Source: Planctomycetota bacterium (lineage in GTDB: Bacteria; Planctomycetota; JAJSAM01; JAJVHW01). Taken from it: a stretch of DNA of 64,000 nt. The stretch is from contig CBDFJG010000002.1 in NCBI GenBank assembly GCA_965248445.1, positions 480,001-544,000 of the forward strand, read 5' to 3'. The notes under the pieces are model-generated. The model saw only the letters and a list, made by a program, of their open reading frames with translations. It had not been told where the DNA came from and searched no databases. Every line of letters begins with the position of its first letter. Positions within the stretch are counted from its first letter, which is position 1. Shown piece by piece: positions 31,007-40,471 of this stretch. A program made the position numbers and the translations under genes.

Positions 31007-32516
31007 TGTTCTCCCGCAGGAGCCGCGCCCGCACCGCCGTCACGATCCGCTCCACGACCTGGTCGATCGAGAGTCCCGTGGTGTCGACGCGCAGTGCGTC
31101 GTCCGCTGCGCGCAAGGGTGCGACCTTGCGATCGCTGTCCTTTCGGTCACGATCGGTGAGGTCGGCCAACACACGCGCAACGTCCGCGTCGCCCTGTTCC
31201 AGGGCCCGGCGGCGTGCGCGCTCCTCGGGCGCGGCGTCGAGGTAGATCTTCACGTCGGCGTCGGGGAAGACGACCGTTCCGATGTCACGTCCTTCCGCGA
31301 CGACACCGCCACCGTCGGCGACGGCCCGCTGTCGCGGGACCATCGCCGCGCGCACGCGGGGCAACGCGGCCACCGTGGATACCGCCTTCGAAACGGCGGG
31401 GCCACGGATCTCCTCGCTCACGTCCTCGCCGGAGAGCGTCAGTCGCACACCCCGCTCCGTTACGCGGAGCGCGGGCTCGAACGACTCCGCCAAACCGGAG
31501 AGAGCGTCCTCGTCCCCCGGGTCGAACCCGGCGCGCAACGCGAGGAGGGTGACGCCCCGGTACAGCGCTCCCGTGTCGAGGAAGCGATACCCGAGGCTGT
31601 CCGCCACGCGGCGTGCAACCGTGCTCTTGCCGGCGCCGGCAGGTCCGTCGATGGCGATGACGAGCATCTGTCCGTCAGGACCTCCGGCCGGTTCGAGGCG
31701 CGAACCGGGCAAGGTACCCGTGGCCGCACCGGGCTTCCCCGCCAATTCGGAGCCCCACCAGAGCATCCGGGCGCCCTGTTCGTCGACGACCGCATAGGAG
31801 CCCCGGTCCTCCCAGGAGGAGAGCACGATCACGTCCCGCAGGGTGCCCTCGACCTCGATTCGGTGGCAGCGGCCCCAGTGCACATGTCCGCAGATCAGGA
31901 CGTCGGCCTCGTGGGCGCGCAGCAGCCCCGCCACCGCCGGCGGGTAGAGCCCCATGTCGCCGTACGCCTTGCGCGAGGTCTCGAGCCTGCTGCCCGCGCG
32001 GGCGCCCAGCCCGAGCCGCATTGCCGCGCTCTCCGGCAGCGAACGGAGCACGTGCCGGACGACGTTCGACCGAGCCACCCGCCGGAGCGCCTGATAGCGC
32101 ACGTCCTGGGTACAGAGGAGGTCGCCGTGGGTGTAGAGCACTCGCCGGCCGCCGATGCGCAGGAGGCCCACGTCCGGCAGGGACCGGACCCCCACCGCCT
32201 CGAGTTCCGGCGTCGCGGCGAAGTCGCGATTGCCTTCCACGAAGCCCACGTCCACGCCGGACGTCACGAGGTCGGACAGGCCTTCGAGGACGGGGCGGAG
32301 GCCGGGGTCGCGAGCCTGTAGAGGCGTCACCCAGAAGTCGAACAAGTCGCCGAGCAGGATCACACGCGAGGCCGCCCTGGCAGGGCCGCGGAGGAACAAC
32401 AGGAAGTCGGCGACCCCCTCTGGAGCTTCGGCCGAGAGGTGCGTGTCGCTGACGAGAATGACCGTGGAGCCTGCATCGGAAGAGCTCTTCGGTCCGTCTC
32501 CAGGCTCGACCGTCAG
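30969..32516 (-). CDS. cmk: Fusion of an LpxH-like UDP-2,3-diacylglucosamine hydrolase and cytidylate kinase
   Basis: One frame carries SDTHL, GDLFDFW, GNRDF, HGDLLCTQD and CGHVH (LpxH-like), then IAIDGPAGAGKST, DTGALYR, EGRDIGTVVFPDA and RDRKDSDR (Cmk). Start inferred at CTG 32516. Confidence 0.88.
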   Translation of the reverse strand: MTVEPGDGPKSSSDAGSTVILVSDTHLSAEAPEGVADFLLFLRGPARAASRVILLGDLFDFWVTPLQARDPGLRPVLEGLSDLVTSGVDVGFVEGNRDFAATPELEAVGVRSLPDVGLLRIGGRRVLYTHGDLLCTQDVRYQALRRVARSNVVRHVLRSLPESAAMRLGLGARAGSRLETSRKAYGDMGLYPPAVAGLLRAHEADVLICGHVHWGRCHRIEVEGTLRDVIVLSSWEDRGSYAVVDEQGARMLWWGSELAGKPGAATGTLPGSRLEPAGGPDGQMLVIAIDGPAGAGKSTVARRVADSLGYRFLDTGALYRGVTLLALRAGFDPGDEDALSGLAESFEPALRVTERGVRLTLSGEDVSEEIRGPAVSKAVSTVAALPRVRAAMVPRQRAVADGGGVVAEGRDIGTVVFPDADVKIYLDAAPEERARRRALEQGDADVARVLADLTDRDRKDSDRKVAPLRAADDALRVDTTGLSIDQVVERIVTAVRARLLRENNGSGTAAPARDV

Positions 32517-32612
32517 GCTGGACCCCTCCGAGATGCTTCACCTCCAGGCCCGGCGGGGCCGATGGAAGACTACCCGGCGGGCCGCCCCCTTCCGACCGGC
32601 CAAGGAGGAACG

Positions 32613-33527
32613 GTGGGCATTCTCGATCGCATTCGTGGTGGACTCGGCGGATCACGCCGTCCCGACCCGGCGCTCGGCCCCCAGGGGCCGCTGGGCCTGG
32701 CCGTAGGCGACGTCGTTCGGTACTACTCCGAGCAGTTCGTGGTCTCGGGCCACCGCTCGTTGGACGGAGACGGCCGCCGGCTCCACCACTACTGCCTGCG
32801 CAACGAGCAGGGTGACTGGGTCGTCCTCGCAATCCAGGAGGACGACGACGGCTACTGGCTCGAGCGCACGGTGGAGACACCCGTTCCCGCGGGCGGGAGC
32901 GTCGCCGGCCTGACCGACGAGCCGCTGCGTCTCGCGCACCAGGCGAACTTCCGGTGCCGCACGGCCGGCGACACGGGCGTGCCGCCCGCGCGCACCGTGC
33001 AGGTCGAGGAGTACGAGGACGAAGAGGGCGAGAACCGGCTGGTGATCGAGAAGCACGACGGCCGCCGCATCGCGCGCCTCGGCGATCCGGTGCACGAGGG
33101 CGAGCTGTCGTTCGACGGCCAGTCCGAAGCCGGCGGAGACCGTCCGTGGGCCACCGTCGTCGACGGGATGGAAGAGAGCCGGGCCGACGACGGCGACGCG
33201 GGCGACGATCTCGAGCCCGGCGACGACCCCGCGCTCCCACGCGTCAAGAAGGGCACGGCGATGGCCGCTGCGATGGCACTCGAGGGCCGCCTCGGTTCCG
33301 ACGAGAACCAGGGCGCGCTCGAGGTGGTCGAGGACTTCCGCGAGGGCTACGCCGACGACGACTGGGCCGACGACGATGACGATGCGCGCGCCACAGAGAG
33401 CCTGAACGACGTTCGGCGCCTCGAAGACGGCGGCACGCTCTCCTCCGACAACTGGCTCGCCGCCTCCTACTTCCCGAAAGGCTCGGGGAAGGAGTACCGG
33501 CAGGATGATGACTGGCTGTCTGACTAA
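32613..33527 (+). CDS. DUF4178-like protein with a long acidic C-terminal tail
   Basis: SD AAGGAGG then GTG; LAVGDVVRYYSEQFVVSG pattern; Asp/Glu-rich tail. Confidence 0.6.
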   Translation: MGILDRIRGGLGGSRRPDPALGPQGPLGLAVGDVVRYYSEQFVVSGHRSLDGDGRRLHHYCLRNEQGDWVVLAIQEDDDGYWLERTVETPVPAGGSVAGLTDEPLRLAHQANFRCRTAGDTGVPPARTVQVEEYEDEEGENRLVIEKHDGRRIARLGDPVHEGELSFDGQSEAGGDRPWATVVDGMEESRADDGDAGDDLEPGDDPALPRVKKGTAMAAAMALEGRLGSDENQGALEVVEDFREGYADDDWADDDDDARATESLNDVRRLEDGGTLSSDNWLAASYFPKGSGKEYRQDDDWLSD

Positions 33528-33543
33528 CCGCTGCGGCGGTTAG

Positions 33544-35212
33544 CCGCATCTGTTCACGAGACGTCGCGATGACGGTGCTTTCGGAGTCCACAGGGTCAGA
33601 TCTTGGCCAGGCGAGGGCGGATGCTGTCGTCGTTGCCACAAGGGCAACGCGAGTGAGCGGCCGAAACGGCGCGGATTCTGCGGTGTGGGCAGACCGTAGG
33701 CCGGGCGGTGGTGTGGCGGACGGCGCGGCGGGACGTCAGGTCGGCTTCGGGGATGCCAGCAGTCGTTGCGCGCAGCGCTCGAAGACGTGCTGCCAGGGCC
33801 ACGACGAGGACATCGAGACCCAGATCCGGCGCGTCGTGATCCGCACGAGCGCGCCGATCTTGAGCAGCCGCAGGCGGATCGTGCCGGCTTGCGCACGCGC
33901 CATCTCGGTGCCGGCGAGACCGATGCGTCGCAGCGCACAGGTCAGGACGTAGGCCATGGCCGACATGGCCATCCGCACGGCGTTGCCCTGCATCGTGTGC
34001 ACCGACAGACGGGTGCCGAAGAGCTCGAGCTGCTGCTCCTTGATGCGATTCTCCGCCTCGCCCCGGGCGCAGTAGAGCTGCTCGTAGAGACGCTTGCTGC
34101 TCCAGCTACGAGGCGGCAGATTGGTCACCACGAAGCGGGGATTGCGCTTGCCGCCCGGCAGGTGCTCGGCCTTGGCGACCACGCGACGCCTCTGGCTCCA
34201 GCTCCCCAGCGTGGTCCAGGCAAAGTCGCGAAAGACCCGGGCTGCTCGGCCGGTCTGCACGGCACGGGCTGCGGCCTCATCGAGCGCGTCTTCGACGTGT
34301 CGCTCAAGGCGCTCATTGCGCGCCATGCCCAGCAGGTAGAAGTGGCCGGCGGCCTCGCACCAGGCCATCAGCTCCTCGCGGCAAAAGCCCGAGTCTGCGC
34401 GCACGAGCACCTTGGCCCGGGGCCAGCGGCGCCGCAGACGTAAGACCAGCGCACGGAGCTCGTCCACGACTCCGCGCGCGGGATCTCTGTCAGCGGTCTG
34501 GAGCCGAGCGAGCAAGAGGTGCTCGCCGCAGAAGACGTACAGCGGCAGGTAGCAGTAGTGCCCGTAGTAGCCGTGGAAGAAGCGGCCCTCCTGCCGGCCG
34601 TGCAGCCGCACGTCGGAGTGGTCCAGGTCCAGCACGAGCAGGCCCGGATCCTCCGGCCCCATGGCCTCGCAGAAGACGTCGCTGAGCACGCTGTCCACGC
34701 GCTCCTGGTCCATCTCGATCTTGGCGTAGCGCGTCTGTGCCGTGGCGCCGAGCTGCGTGGTCTCGAGCCGCGAGAGCGTCGGGTGCGTGGCCAGAGCACC
34801 CTCGCGCTTGCCGCACGCCGCGGCAAACAGCGGGTCCTTGCCGACATGGTCGTGGTCCACCAGATCCTCGTAGCCCGCGCACAGCCCGAAGACCCGCTGA
34901 CGCAGCATCTGGCCGACCGTGTGCTCGACCCGACGCGGGTCCCGGTGGTCCCCGAAGCAGCGCGCAAACCGCGAGAGCAGATCGATGCGACGATCGACCC
35001 GCTCGAGCAGCAGCACGCCCCCGTCGCTCGTCACGGTACCGGCGTCGAAGCGCGTCACCGCGGTGCGTCCACAGATGCCCGCGAAGAGGGTCCCCTGCGG
35101 GCTACAGTCTGTCGTCATCGGGCCGGCGCTCCTGTCGGTGCAAGTACTAGCGAGTACGAGCACTTAGACAGACGACGGCCCGCTCAGATTCCCGGCTGGT
35201 GAACGATTCGGG
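33544..35212 (-). mobile_element. IS1380-family insertion sequence
   Basis: Imperfect 14-bp IRs CCGCATCTGTTCAC (33544-33557) and GTGAACGATTCGGG (35199-35212) surround the transposase. Confidence 0.85.
33736..35118 (-). CDS. IS1380 family transposase
   Basis: TSDGGVLLL, GYEDLVDH, LDLDHSD, HGYYGHYCYLPL, VRADSGF, YCARGEAENRIKE. Confidence 0.95.
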   Translation of the reverse strand: MTTDCSPQGTLFAGICGRTAVTRFDAGTVTSDGGVLLLERVDRRIDLLSRFARCFGDHRDPRRVEHTVGQMLRQRVFGLCAGYEDLVDHDHVGKDPLFAAACGKREGALATHPTLSRLETTQLGATAQTRYAKIEMDQERVDSVLSDVFCEAMGPEDPGLLVLDLDHSDVRLHGRQEGRFFHGYYGHYCYLPLYVFCGEHLLLARLQTADRDPARGVVDELRALVLRLRRRWPRAKVLVRADSGFCREELMAWCEAAGHFYLLGMARNERLERHVEDALDEAAARAVQTGRAARVFRDFAWTTLGSWSQRRRVVAKAEHLPGGKRNPRFVVTNLPPRSWSSKRLYEQLYCARGEAENRIKEQQLELFGTRLSVHTMQGNAVRMAMSAMAYVLTCALRRIGLAGTEMARAQAGTIRLRLLKIGALVRITTRRIWVSMSSSWPWQHVFERCAQRLLASPKPT

Positions 35213-36160
35213 CTAACCGGACAGCGACGCGAAGAACGCTGACACGTCGACGTTTCCGCCGCTGACGAGCACCCCGACCCGGGCGGCCTCGGGAACCGTG
35301 ACGCGGCGGGCGAGGACCGCCGCCAGGGCCACGGCGCCGCTCGGTTCGGCCAGGATCTTCGCCCGCTCCCAGAGCAGCTTCATGGCGGCCACGATCTCGC
35401 CGTCATCCACGGTCACGATGCCGGCGAGGTGCCGGCGGAGCACCTCCAGGTTGCGCTCGCCGATGTGACGGGTGCGCAGTCCGTCGGCGATGGTGCTCGG
35501 CACCGTCGCGAGCGTGACGATCCGGTCCTCGTCCAGCGACCGCCGTCCGTCATCGGCATCCACCGGCTCCACCCCCCAGACGCGGCAGGAGCTGCCCGCA
35601 GCGGCGAGGCAGGCGCCGGATGACAGACCGCCCCCGCCCACCGGCGCGACGATGACGTCGAGTTCCGGGATATCCTCGAGCATCTCGCGAGCCGCGGTTC
35701 CCTGTCCGCCGATGATCCGCTCGTCGTCGTAGGGGTGCACGAGGGTCAGCCCCTGACCCGCGATCAGGTCGTCACAGACGCTCTCTCGGTCCGCGGCATC
35801 GCAACTCACGATGCGCGCGCCATAGCCCTCGGTCGCGCGCCGCTTGATCTGTGGCGCGTCGTGCGGCATCACGATCGTTGCCGGGGCGCCGAGGAGCCGC
35901 GCGGCGAGCGCGACGCCCTGAGCGTGGTTTCCCGAGGAGTGAGTGACCACGCCGCTCCGGCGCTGCTCGTCGGAGAGGGTCGCGACCGTGTTGTACGCCC
36001 CCCGAAACTTGAAGGCGCCGACGCGCTGGAGGTTCTCGCACTTCAAGAAGACGCGGGCATCCGCGGCGGCGTCGATCGCCGCGCACGTGACCAGCGGTGT
36101 GCGGTGCGCGACACCGTCCAGGCGTAGAGCGGCTTCCTCGACGAGTTCGGGGCTCAACAC
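35213..36160 (-). CDS. PLP-dependent serine/threonine dehydratase (serine racemase-like)
   Basis: KCENLQRVGAFKFRGA, SSGNHAQG, PVGGGGL, EPSGA, SGGN. Confidence 0.92.
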   Translation of the reverse strand: MLSPELVEEAALRLDGVAHRTPLVTCAAIDAAADARVFLKCENLQRVGAFKFRGAYNTVATLSDEQRRSGVVTHSSGNHAQGVALAARLLGAPATIVMPHDAPQIKRRATEGYGARIVSCDAADRESVCDDLIAGQGLTLVHPYDDERIIGGQGTAAREMLEDIPELDVIVAPVGGGGLSSGACLAAAGSSCRVWGVEPVDADDGRRSLDEDRIVTLATVPSTIADGLRTRHIGERNLEVLRRHLAGIVTVDDGEIVAAMKLLWERAKILAEPSGAVALAAVLARRVTVPEAARVGVLVSGGNVDVSAFFASLSG

Positions 36161-36177
36161 GGAGCGCGAGAGTAACG

Positions 36178-37872
36178 CTATCTGAGGGCGAGCACGTCGA
36201 ACACCGTGCGGCCGGTGGTCCTGTCGGCGTACCGCACCACGGCGTGGGCGCGCTGTCCGTCGAGGCGCGCGAGCTGCACCCCGATCTGGCGATGGGATGC
36301 CCGCGGCCGGAGATCCGCCGCCGCATCGGCATCGCGGCCGTCGGTGGCCGAAGCCGCCATCTCGTCGCCGAGTCCGGCGATCCAGTCGAAGACGTCGTCC
36401 AGCACCCAGTCTTTGCCATCCCCTTCGAAGAGGACCTCACTGAGGACCCGTTCGACGCCGGCGGTGTCGTCGCTGCCGGCGACGCCGAGCCAGGCGTCGA
36501 TGCGCCCCTGCCGCGGCCCCTCGCCCGCACCGCCCACCAGCGCGAGGTCCTCCCGGCCATCACCGTCCAGGTCGCCCTTGAGCGTCTGCCGAAAGCTGCC
36601 TGCTGCGTCTTCGAAACGCTTGATCAGTGCATCGGGGTCACGCATCACGCCGAGGATGGCGGGGAGCGTGACGCTCAATTCGCCACGCCACGCCGGCGTC
36701 CGCGCGAACCCCTTCGCGCCGGCGTTGGCGTACCCGACGGCCCCGATGTCGACACTCCACTCGGCCAGGAGCCCGCGCAGAAGTCCGGCGACCGACGGCA
36801 CCTGGATACGGATCAGTGCGAGGTCCGGCAGGTCGTCGTCATCGATGCGCGCGAGCAGTACCGCGGTGACGTCGTCGGCGACCTTCAGCACGGCCGCCGG
36901 GTTCTGGAACTGCGGCCCGGCGGACGTCCCGTGGAAGACCCAGACCTTGCGGCGGTGCGCGATCACGTGGTCGGGGATGCCGTCACCAGTCAGATCACGG
37001 CTCTCCATCGTCTGGCGGTCGCCGCCGGCAAGCGTGCGGCCGAGCCGCAGGTCGCCCGCCGGCGTCGTATCGCGGAATTTGTCGAGTTCCACCTGCACCG
37101 TCGGCGACTCGGGGAACCGTCCGTCCGCGGCTTGCAGGTGGTATGCGCGAAGGTCGCCGTCGCGCACGATCAGGTCGTCGCGACCGTCTCCGTTGACGTC
37201 CTCGAAGCGGAGATCGGGCACGTAGAACGCCGACTCGAGCACGTCCGTCAGGGCTTCCCTGCGCGACCGTGTTTCGCGGCGCAGGTCGACGACGACGCGC
37301 GCCGCCTTCGTGAACGTCGCGATCGTTCCGCCGGCCGACTGGAGCCAGATCTCGCAGTGGCCGCCACTCGGCACGATGACGTCGATGCGTCCGTCGGCGT
37401 TGACGTCCCGCGCGATGTTCGCGAAGCGCGGGGCGCCGACACGCAGAAGGAACCGGGCGCCCTTGGCGAGCTCCACTCCGCGGGCCGCCGGCGCGGCGCC
37501 GCTCGACGCGGGATACGCCATCAGACCGCGAGGTCCGAGGGTCAGCAACGTCAGGCCGGGGTCCTCCGGCCGCAGCTGTACCAATGCCAGAAGACTGCGT
37601 GCCGGATCGGGCAGTGTGAGCGCACCGCCGGGCCCGGTCAGCGCGCCGCCGTCGTCGCCGCGCCAGACACGTACCTCGCCGGCAGTCCCCGCGACGACGA
37701 TCTCGTCGCGGCCGTCGCCATCCACGTCTCCCGTGACGTATCCGGACACCTCGAACTCCGGCGTGAAACTACCCGCCCCGGCGAAGCGACGCGCGGCGGC
37801 CGGCGCGGCGGGCGCCATCGCGAGCACGAGGACCATCGCGAAGACGAGGGGCAGTGCTGCGGCGCGCCTCAC
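36178..37872 (-). CDS. Secreted FG-GAP/VCBS repeat protein
   Basis: Signal peptide; repeated D-x-D/N-G-D-G loops (DVDGDGRDE, DVNADGRID, DVNGDGRDD, DLTGDGIPD, DLDGDGRED). Confidence 0.85.
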   Translation of the reverse strand: MRRAAALPLVFAMVLVLAMAPAAPAAARRFAGAGSFTPEFEVSGYVTGDVDGDGRDEIVVAGTAGEVRVWRGDDGGALTGPGGALTLPDPARSLLALVQLRPEDPGLTLLTLGPRGLMAYPASSGAAPAARGVELAKGARFLLRVGAPRFANIARDVNADGRIDVIVPSGGHCEIWLQSAGGTIATFTKAARVVVDLRRETRSRREALTDVLESAFYVPDLRFEDVNGDGRDDLIVRDGDLRAYHLQAADGRFPESPTVQVELDKFRDTTPAGDLRLGRTLAGGDRQTMESRDLTGDGIPDHVIAHRRKVWVFHGTSAGPQFQNPAAVLKVADDVTAVLLARIDDDDLPDLALIRIQVPSVAGLLRGLLAEWSVDIGAVGYANAGAKGFARTPAWRGELSVTLPAILGVMRDPDALIKRFEDAAGSFRQTLKGDLDGDGREDLALVGGAGEGPRQGRIDAWLGVAGSDDTAGVERVLSEVLFEGDGKDWVLDDVFDWIAGLGDEMAASATDGRDADAAADLRPRASHRQIGVQLARLDGQRAHAVVRYADRTTGRTVFDVLALR

Positions 37873-39431
37873 TTCCCAAACCTCACGTGCAGGAGGGAAC
37901 GGGCGTCGAACAGCGCAATCTCGCGGCCCGCGGGCCCGTCGAGGAACCGCAGTTCGGCCCCCTCGTCGACTCGCGTCTGGTAGAGCGGGCGCTCGACCAC
38001 CGTCAGGCCTCCCTTGGTGCGGCGCACCATGAGGATCCGCAGGAGCGCCGGGTCGTCCCGGAGCATGAGCTCGGACACCCCGTCGCCGGTCAGGTCTCCC
38101 AGGAAGCGCGCGGCGACTTCCCGGCGCGATCGGTGCAGCGTCTTCGCGGGAACGCTGACCGGGACGGTGAGTGCCGGCTGGCGGGTCAGTCTGCCGCCGA
38201 CGTTGCGGTAGACGTAGACCTCGGCCTCCACGGAGCCGCCGCCGGCGGTCGTGACCGCGTCCAGCACATCGAGTCGCGCGGCGCCGATCACCAGATCCGC
38301 ACGGCCGTCGCCGTCCACGTCGTCCAGCCGCGGGTTCGCCGCCAATCCGGCTACGACCAGTAGCTGTCGCGGCCGCCCCTTCTCTCCGAACAGCGTGGCG
38401 TCCGGACCGCCGTTCTTGCGCGCGAAGAGCGCGATCTGCGCACGCGGGTCCGAGGAGTCGCGGTCGCCCGCCACGAGCAGGTAGTCGCTGCGGCGGTCAC
38501 CGTCCATGTCGGCCGTCAGCGCGGCGTAGGAGACGTCGAGCAGCCGGCGCCGGTCCACTTCGATCGGCAGCGCCAAGCGCACGTCGGGCGACTCCGGGAA
38601 CACACCGCCCGGCGACTGCCGCCAGACGACCAGCTCGGCCGCCGTCTGCGCGATCACGTCGAGGTCGCCGTCACCGTCCCAGTCGCGGAAGGCCGGGGCA
38701 GGGACGCTGTCCGCGACGGACAGCAGTTCGCCGCTGCCCTCGGGGCGCACTCCGATCTGCAAGCGAATCTGCCGGCTGCGGGCCCGGCCCCGGATCCTGC
38801 GTGCGCCGCGGCCGACCAGCTGCCCCGCGTCCTCGGGGAGCGACAGCGCTCGCGGCTCGAAGCGCACTTCCTTTCCGTCGCGTCGTTGCAGTGCAACCAC
38901 GTAGCCGTCCGGACCCGGGATCAGGAGGTCGTCGCGGCCGTCCCCGTCGACGTCCAGGACGCCGCTGCTCCAGTCTACGAGTTCACGATTGTGTGGCAGT
39001 TGCCACAGCACGTCGGTTCGCACGACGCGGAGAAAACGACCGCGCCCGGTCTGGCCGCGGCGGACGATGAACACACCGGTCCGCGTGAGCAGGACGATCT
39101 CGTCGCCCGGATCCGGGTGGACGTCGGCGACGGCGAGACCCACTCCGTCGGCGTGCAGTTCAACGGTCTCATCCGGTTCGGGAGGGAACGACACCCTGCC
39201 CGCGCGTCGGTGGTAGACGAGCACTGCGCGGCCGGTGCGCTTGCCACGGCGTGAGACCTGCAGCCAGAGGTCCGGCAGGCCGTCCGCGTTCGCGTCTCCC
39301 GACAGAACCGCCTCGAGTCGATGCCCGCGGGGCATCGTGACCGTCGTCGCGTGACCGAACGAGCGCTCCTGCGCGGCGCCGGTGACGACGAGCGTTGCGA
39401 GGAGCACGCTCACGAAGAGGACGCGTCTCAC
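37869..39431 (-). CDS. Secreted FG-GAP/VCBS repeat protein
   Basis: Signal peptide VRRVLFVSVLLATLVVTGAA; DANADG, DVDGDG, DWDGDG, DMDGDR, DLTGDG repeats. Confidence 0.85.
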   Translation of the reverse strand: MRRVLFVSVLLATLVVTGAAQERSFGHATTVTMPRGHRLEAVLSGDANADGLPDLWLQVSRRGKRTGRAVLVYHRRAGRVSFPPEPDETVELHADGVGLAVADVHPDPGDEIVLLTRTGVFIVRRGQTGRGRFLRVVRTDVLWQLPHNRELVDWSSGVLDVDGDGRDDLLIPGPDGYVVALQRRDGKEVRFEPRALSLPEDAGQLVGRGARRIRGRARSRQIRLQIGVRPEGSGELLSVADSVPAPAFRDWDGDGDLDVIAQTAAELVVWRQSPGGVFPESPDVRLALPIEVDRRRLLDVSYAALTADMDGDRRSDYLLVAGDRDSSDPRAQIALFARKNGGPDATLFGEKGRPRQLLVVAGLAANPRLDDVDGDGRADLVIGAARLDVLDAVTTAGGGSVEAEVYVYRNVGGRLTRQPALTVPVSVPAKTLHRSRREVAARFLGDLTGDGVSELMLRDDPALLRILMVRRTKGGLTVVERPLYQTRVDEGAELRFLDGPAGREIALFDARSLLHVRFGK

Positions 39432-40471
39432 TCGGAGTCCTCCAGCCGGTCGGCATCGCCGCCGGAGAACGAGAACAGCCAGAGAACCCGCCACTCCCAC
39501 GCGGCTCGCGTCGTCCGTTGGAGGAGGAGCCCCGAGAGGATCGACGTCTCCGTCTCGCCACGCTCCGTGCCGCACGAGTAGATCAGCGGGATACTGACGT
39601 TGCGTAGTCCCGTCACGCGCTCCGTCAGGGCGACCTGCCCCTTGCGGCGTTCCTCCCCGCGCACGGCGGTGACAGGAAGTACGGCATCCTCCTCGGCGTT
39701 GCGGATCACGTCGAGCACGACCTGGGGATGCGCGACCCTCCGCCCACCGACCGACGCGAGGACGTCTCCATACTTGAGACCCGCCCCGCGGAAGGGGCTG
39801 TTGCGCGAGAGGCCGACGATCACGGCGCCCGCGCCGGCAGCGAGGCCGGCACGCGACGCCTCGACTTCGGTCGCCGTGCGCAGGACGATTCCGGCGCGCA
39901 GGCCCTCGCGGGAGCGGGAGGTGCTGAGGCGGTCCCGCGGCCGCGCGCGCTGCGCCATCACCACCTCGGCCGTCTTCTCGAGGCCGGCGCGGTCATAGCG
40001 CACGGTGATCCTCGTGCCCGGTGAGGTGTCGTCCTCGACGCCGCGCCAGTCGCTCGCGTACTGCAACGGCAACTCGCCGCGACCGGGCTCACCAACCGAG
40101 TGAAGAAGGTCGTCGGGTTGCAGCCCCGCGGCGTCTCCGGGCGAGTTCTCGATGACGCGGCGGACGAGGACCCCGGTGGACGCTCCACTCGCGTCGTCGT
40201 CGAGCGACGCGGGCTCCTCATCGAGTGAGAGGGCGTCCTCGTCGAGCGAGCCTGCGGCCTGAACCGCGTCATGGACGTGCACACCGCTGTACGACCCGAG
40301 CGGCAGTTCACTACGCGCCGCCTCGTCGTCCGGATCGATCAGGAACGCCGCGGGCTCTTCCATGTCGAAGAGCGGAGGCGGATCCGTCGGCAGATCCGAG
40401 CCGAGCGACTTGCACGCGCCCGCAGACAGGGCGGCGAGAACGGCGAGGACAAGCGGCAGGGAACGGGTCAC
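39428..40471 (-). CDS. Lipoprotein with two PDZ domains and an aromatic beta-rich C-terminus
   Basis: Lipobox AGAC; NSPGDAAGLQPDD and NSPFRGAGLKYGD; ends WEWRVLWLFSF. Confidence 0.8.
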   Translation of the reverse strand: MTRSLPLVLAVLAALSAGACKSLGSDLPTDPPPLFDMEEPAAFLIDPDDEAARSELPLGSYSGVHVHDAVQAAGSLDEDALSLDEEPASLDDDASGASTGVLVRRVIENSPGDAAGLQPDDLLHSVGEPGRGELPLQYASDWRGVEDDTSPGTRITVRYDRAGLEKTAEVVMAQRARPRDRLSTSRSREGLRAGIVLRTATEVEASRAGLAAGAGAVIVGLSRNSPFRGAGLKYGDVLASVGGRRVAHPQVVLDVIRNAEEDAVLPVTAVRGEERRKGQVALTERVTGLRNVSIPLIYSCGTERGETETSILSGLLLQRTTRAAWEWRVLWLFSFSGGDADRLEDSE

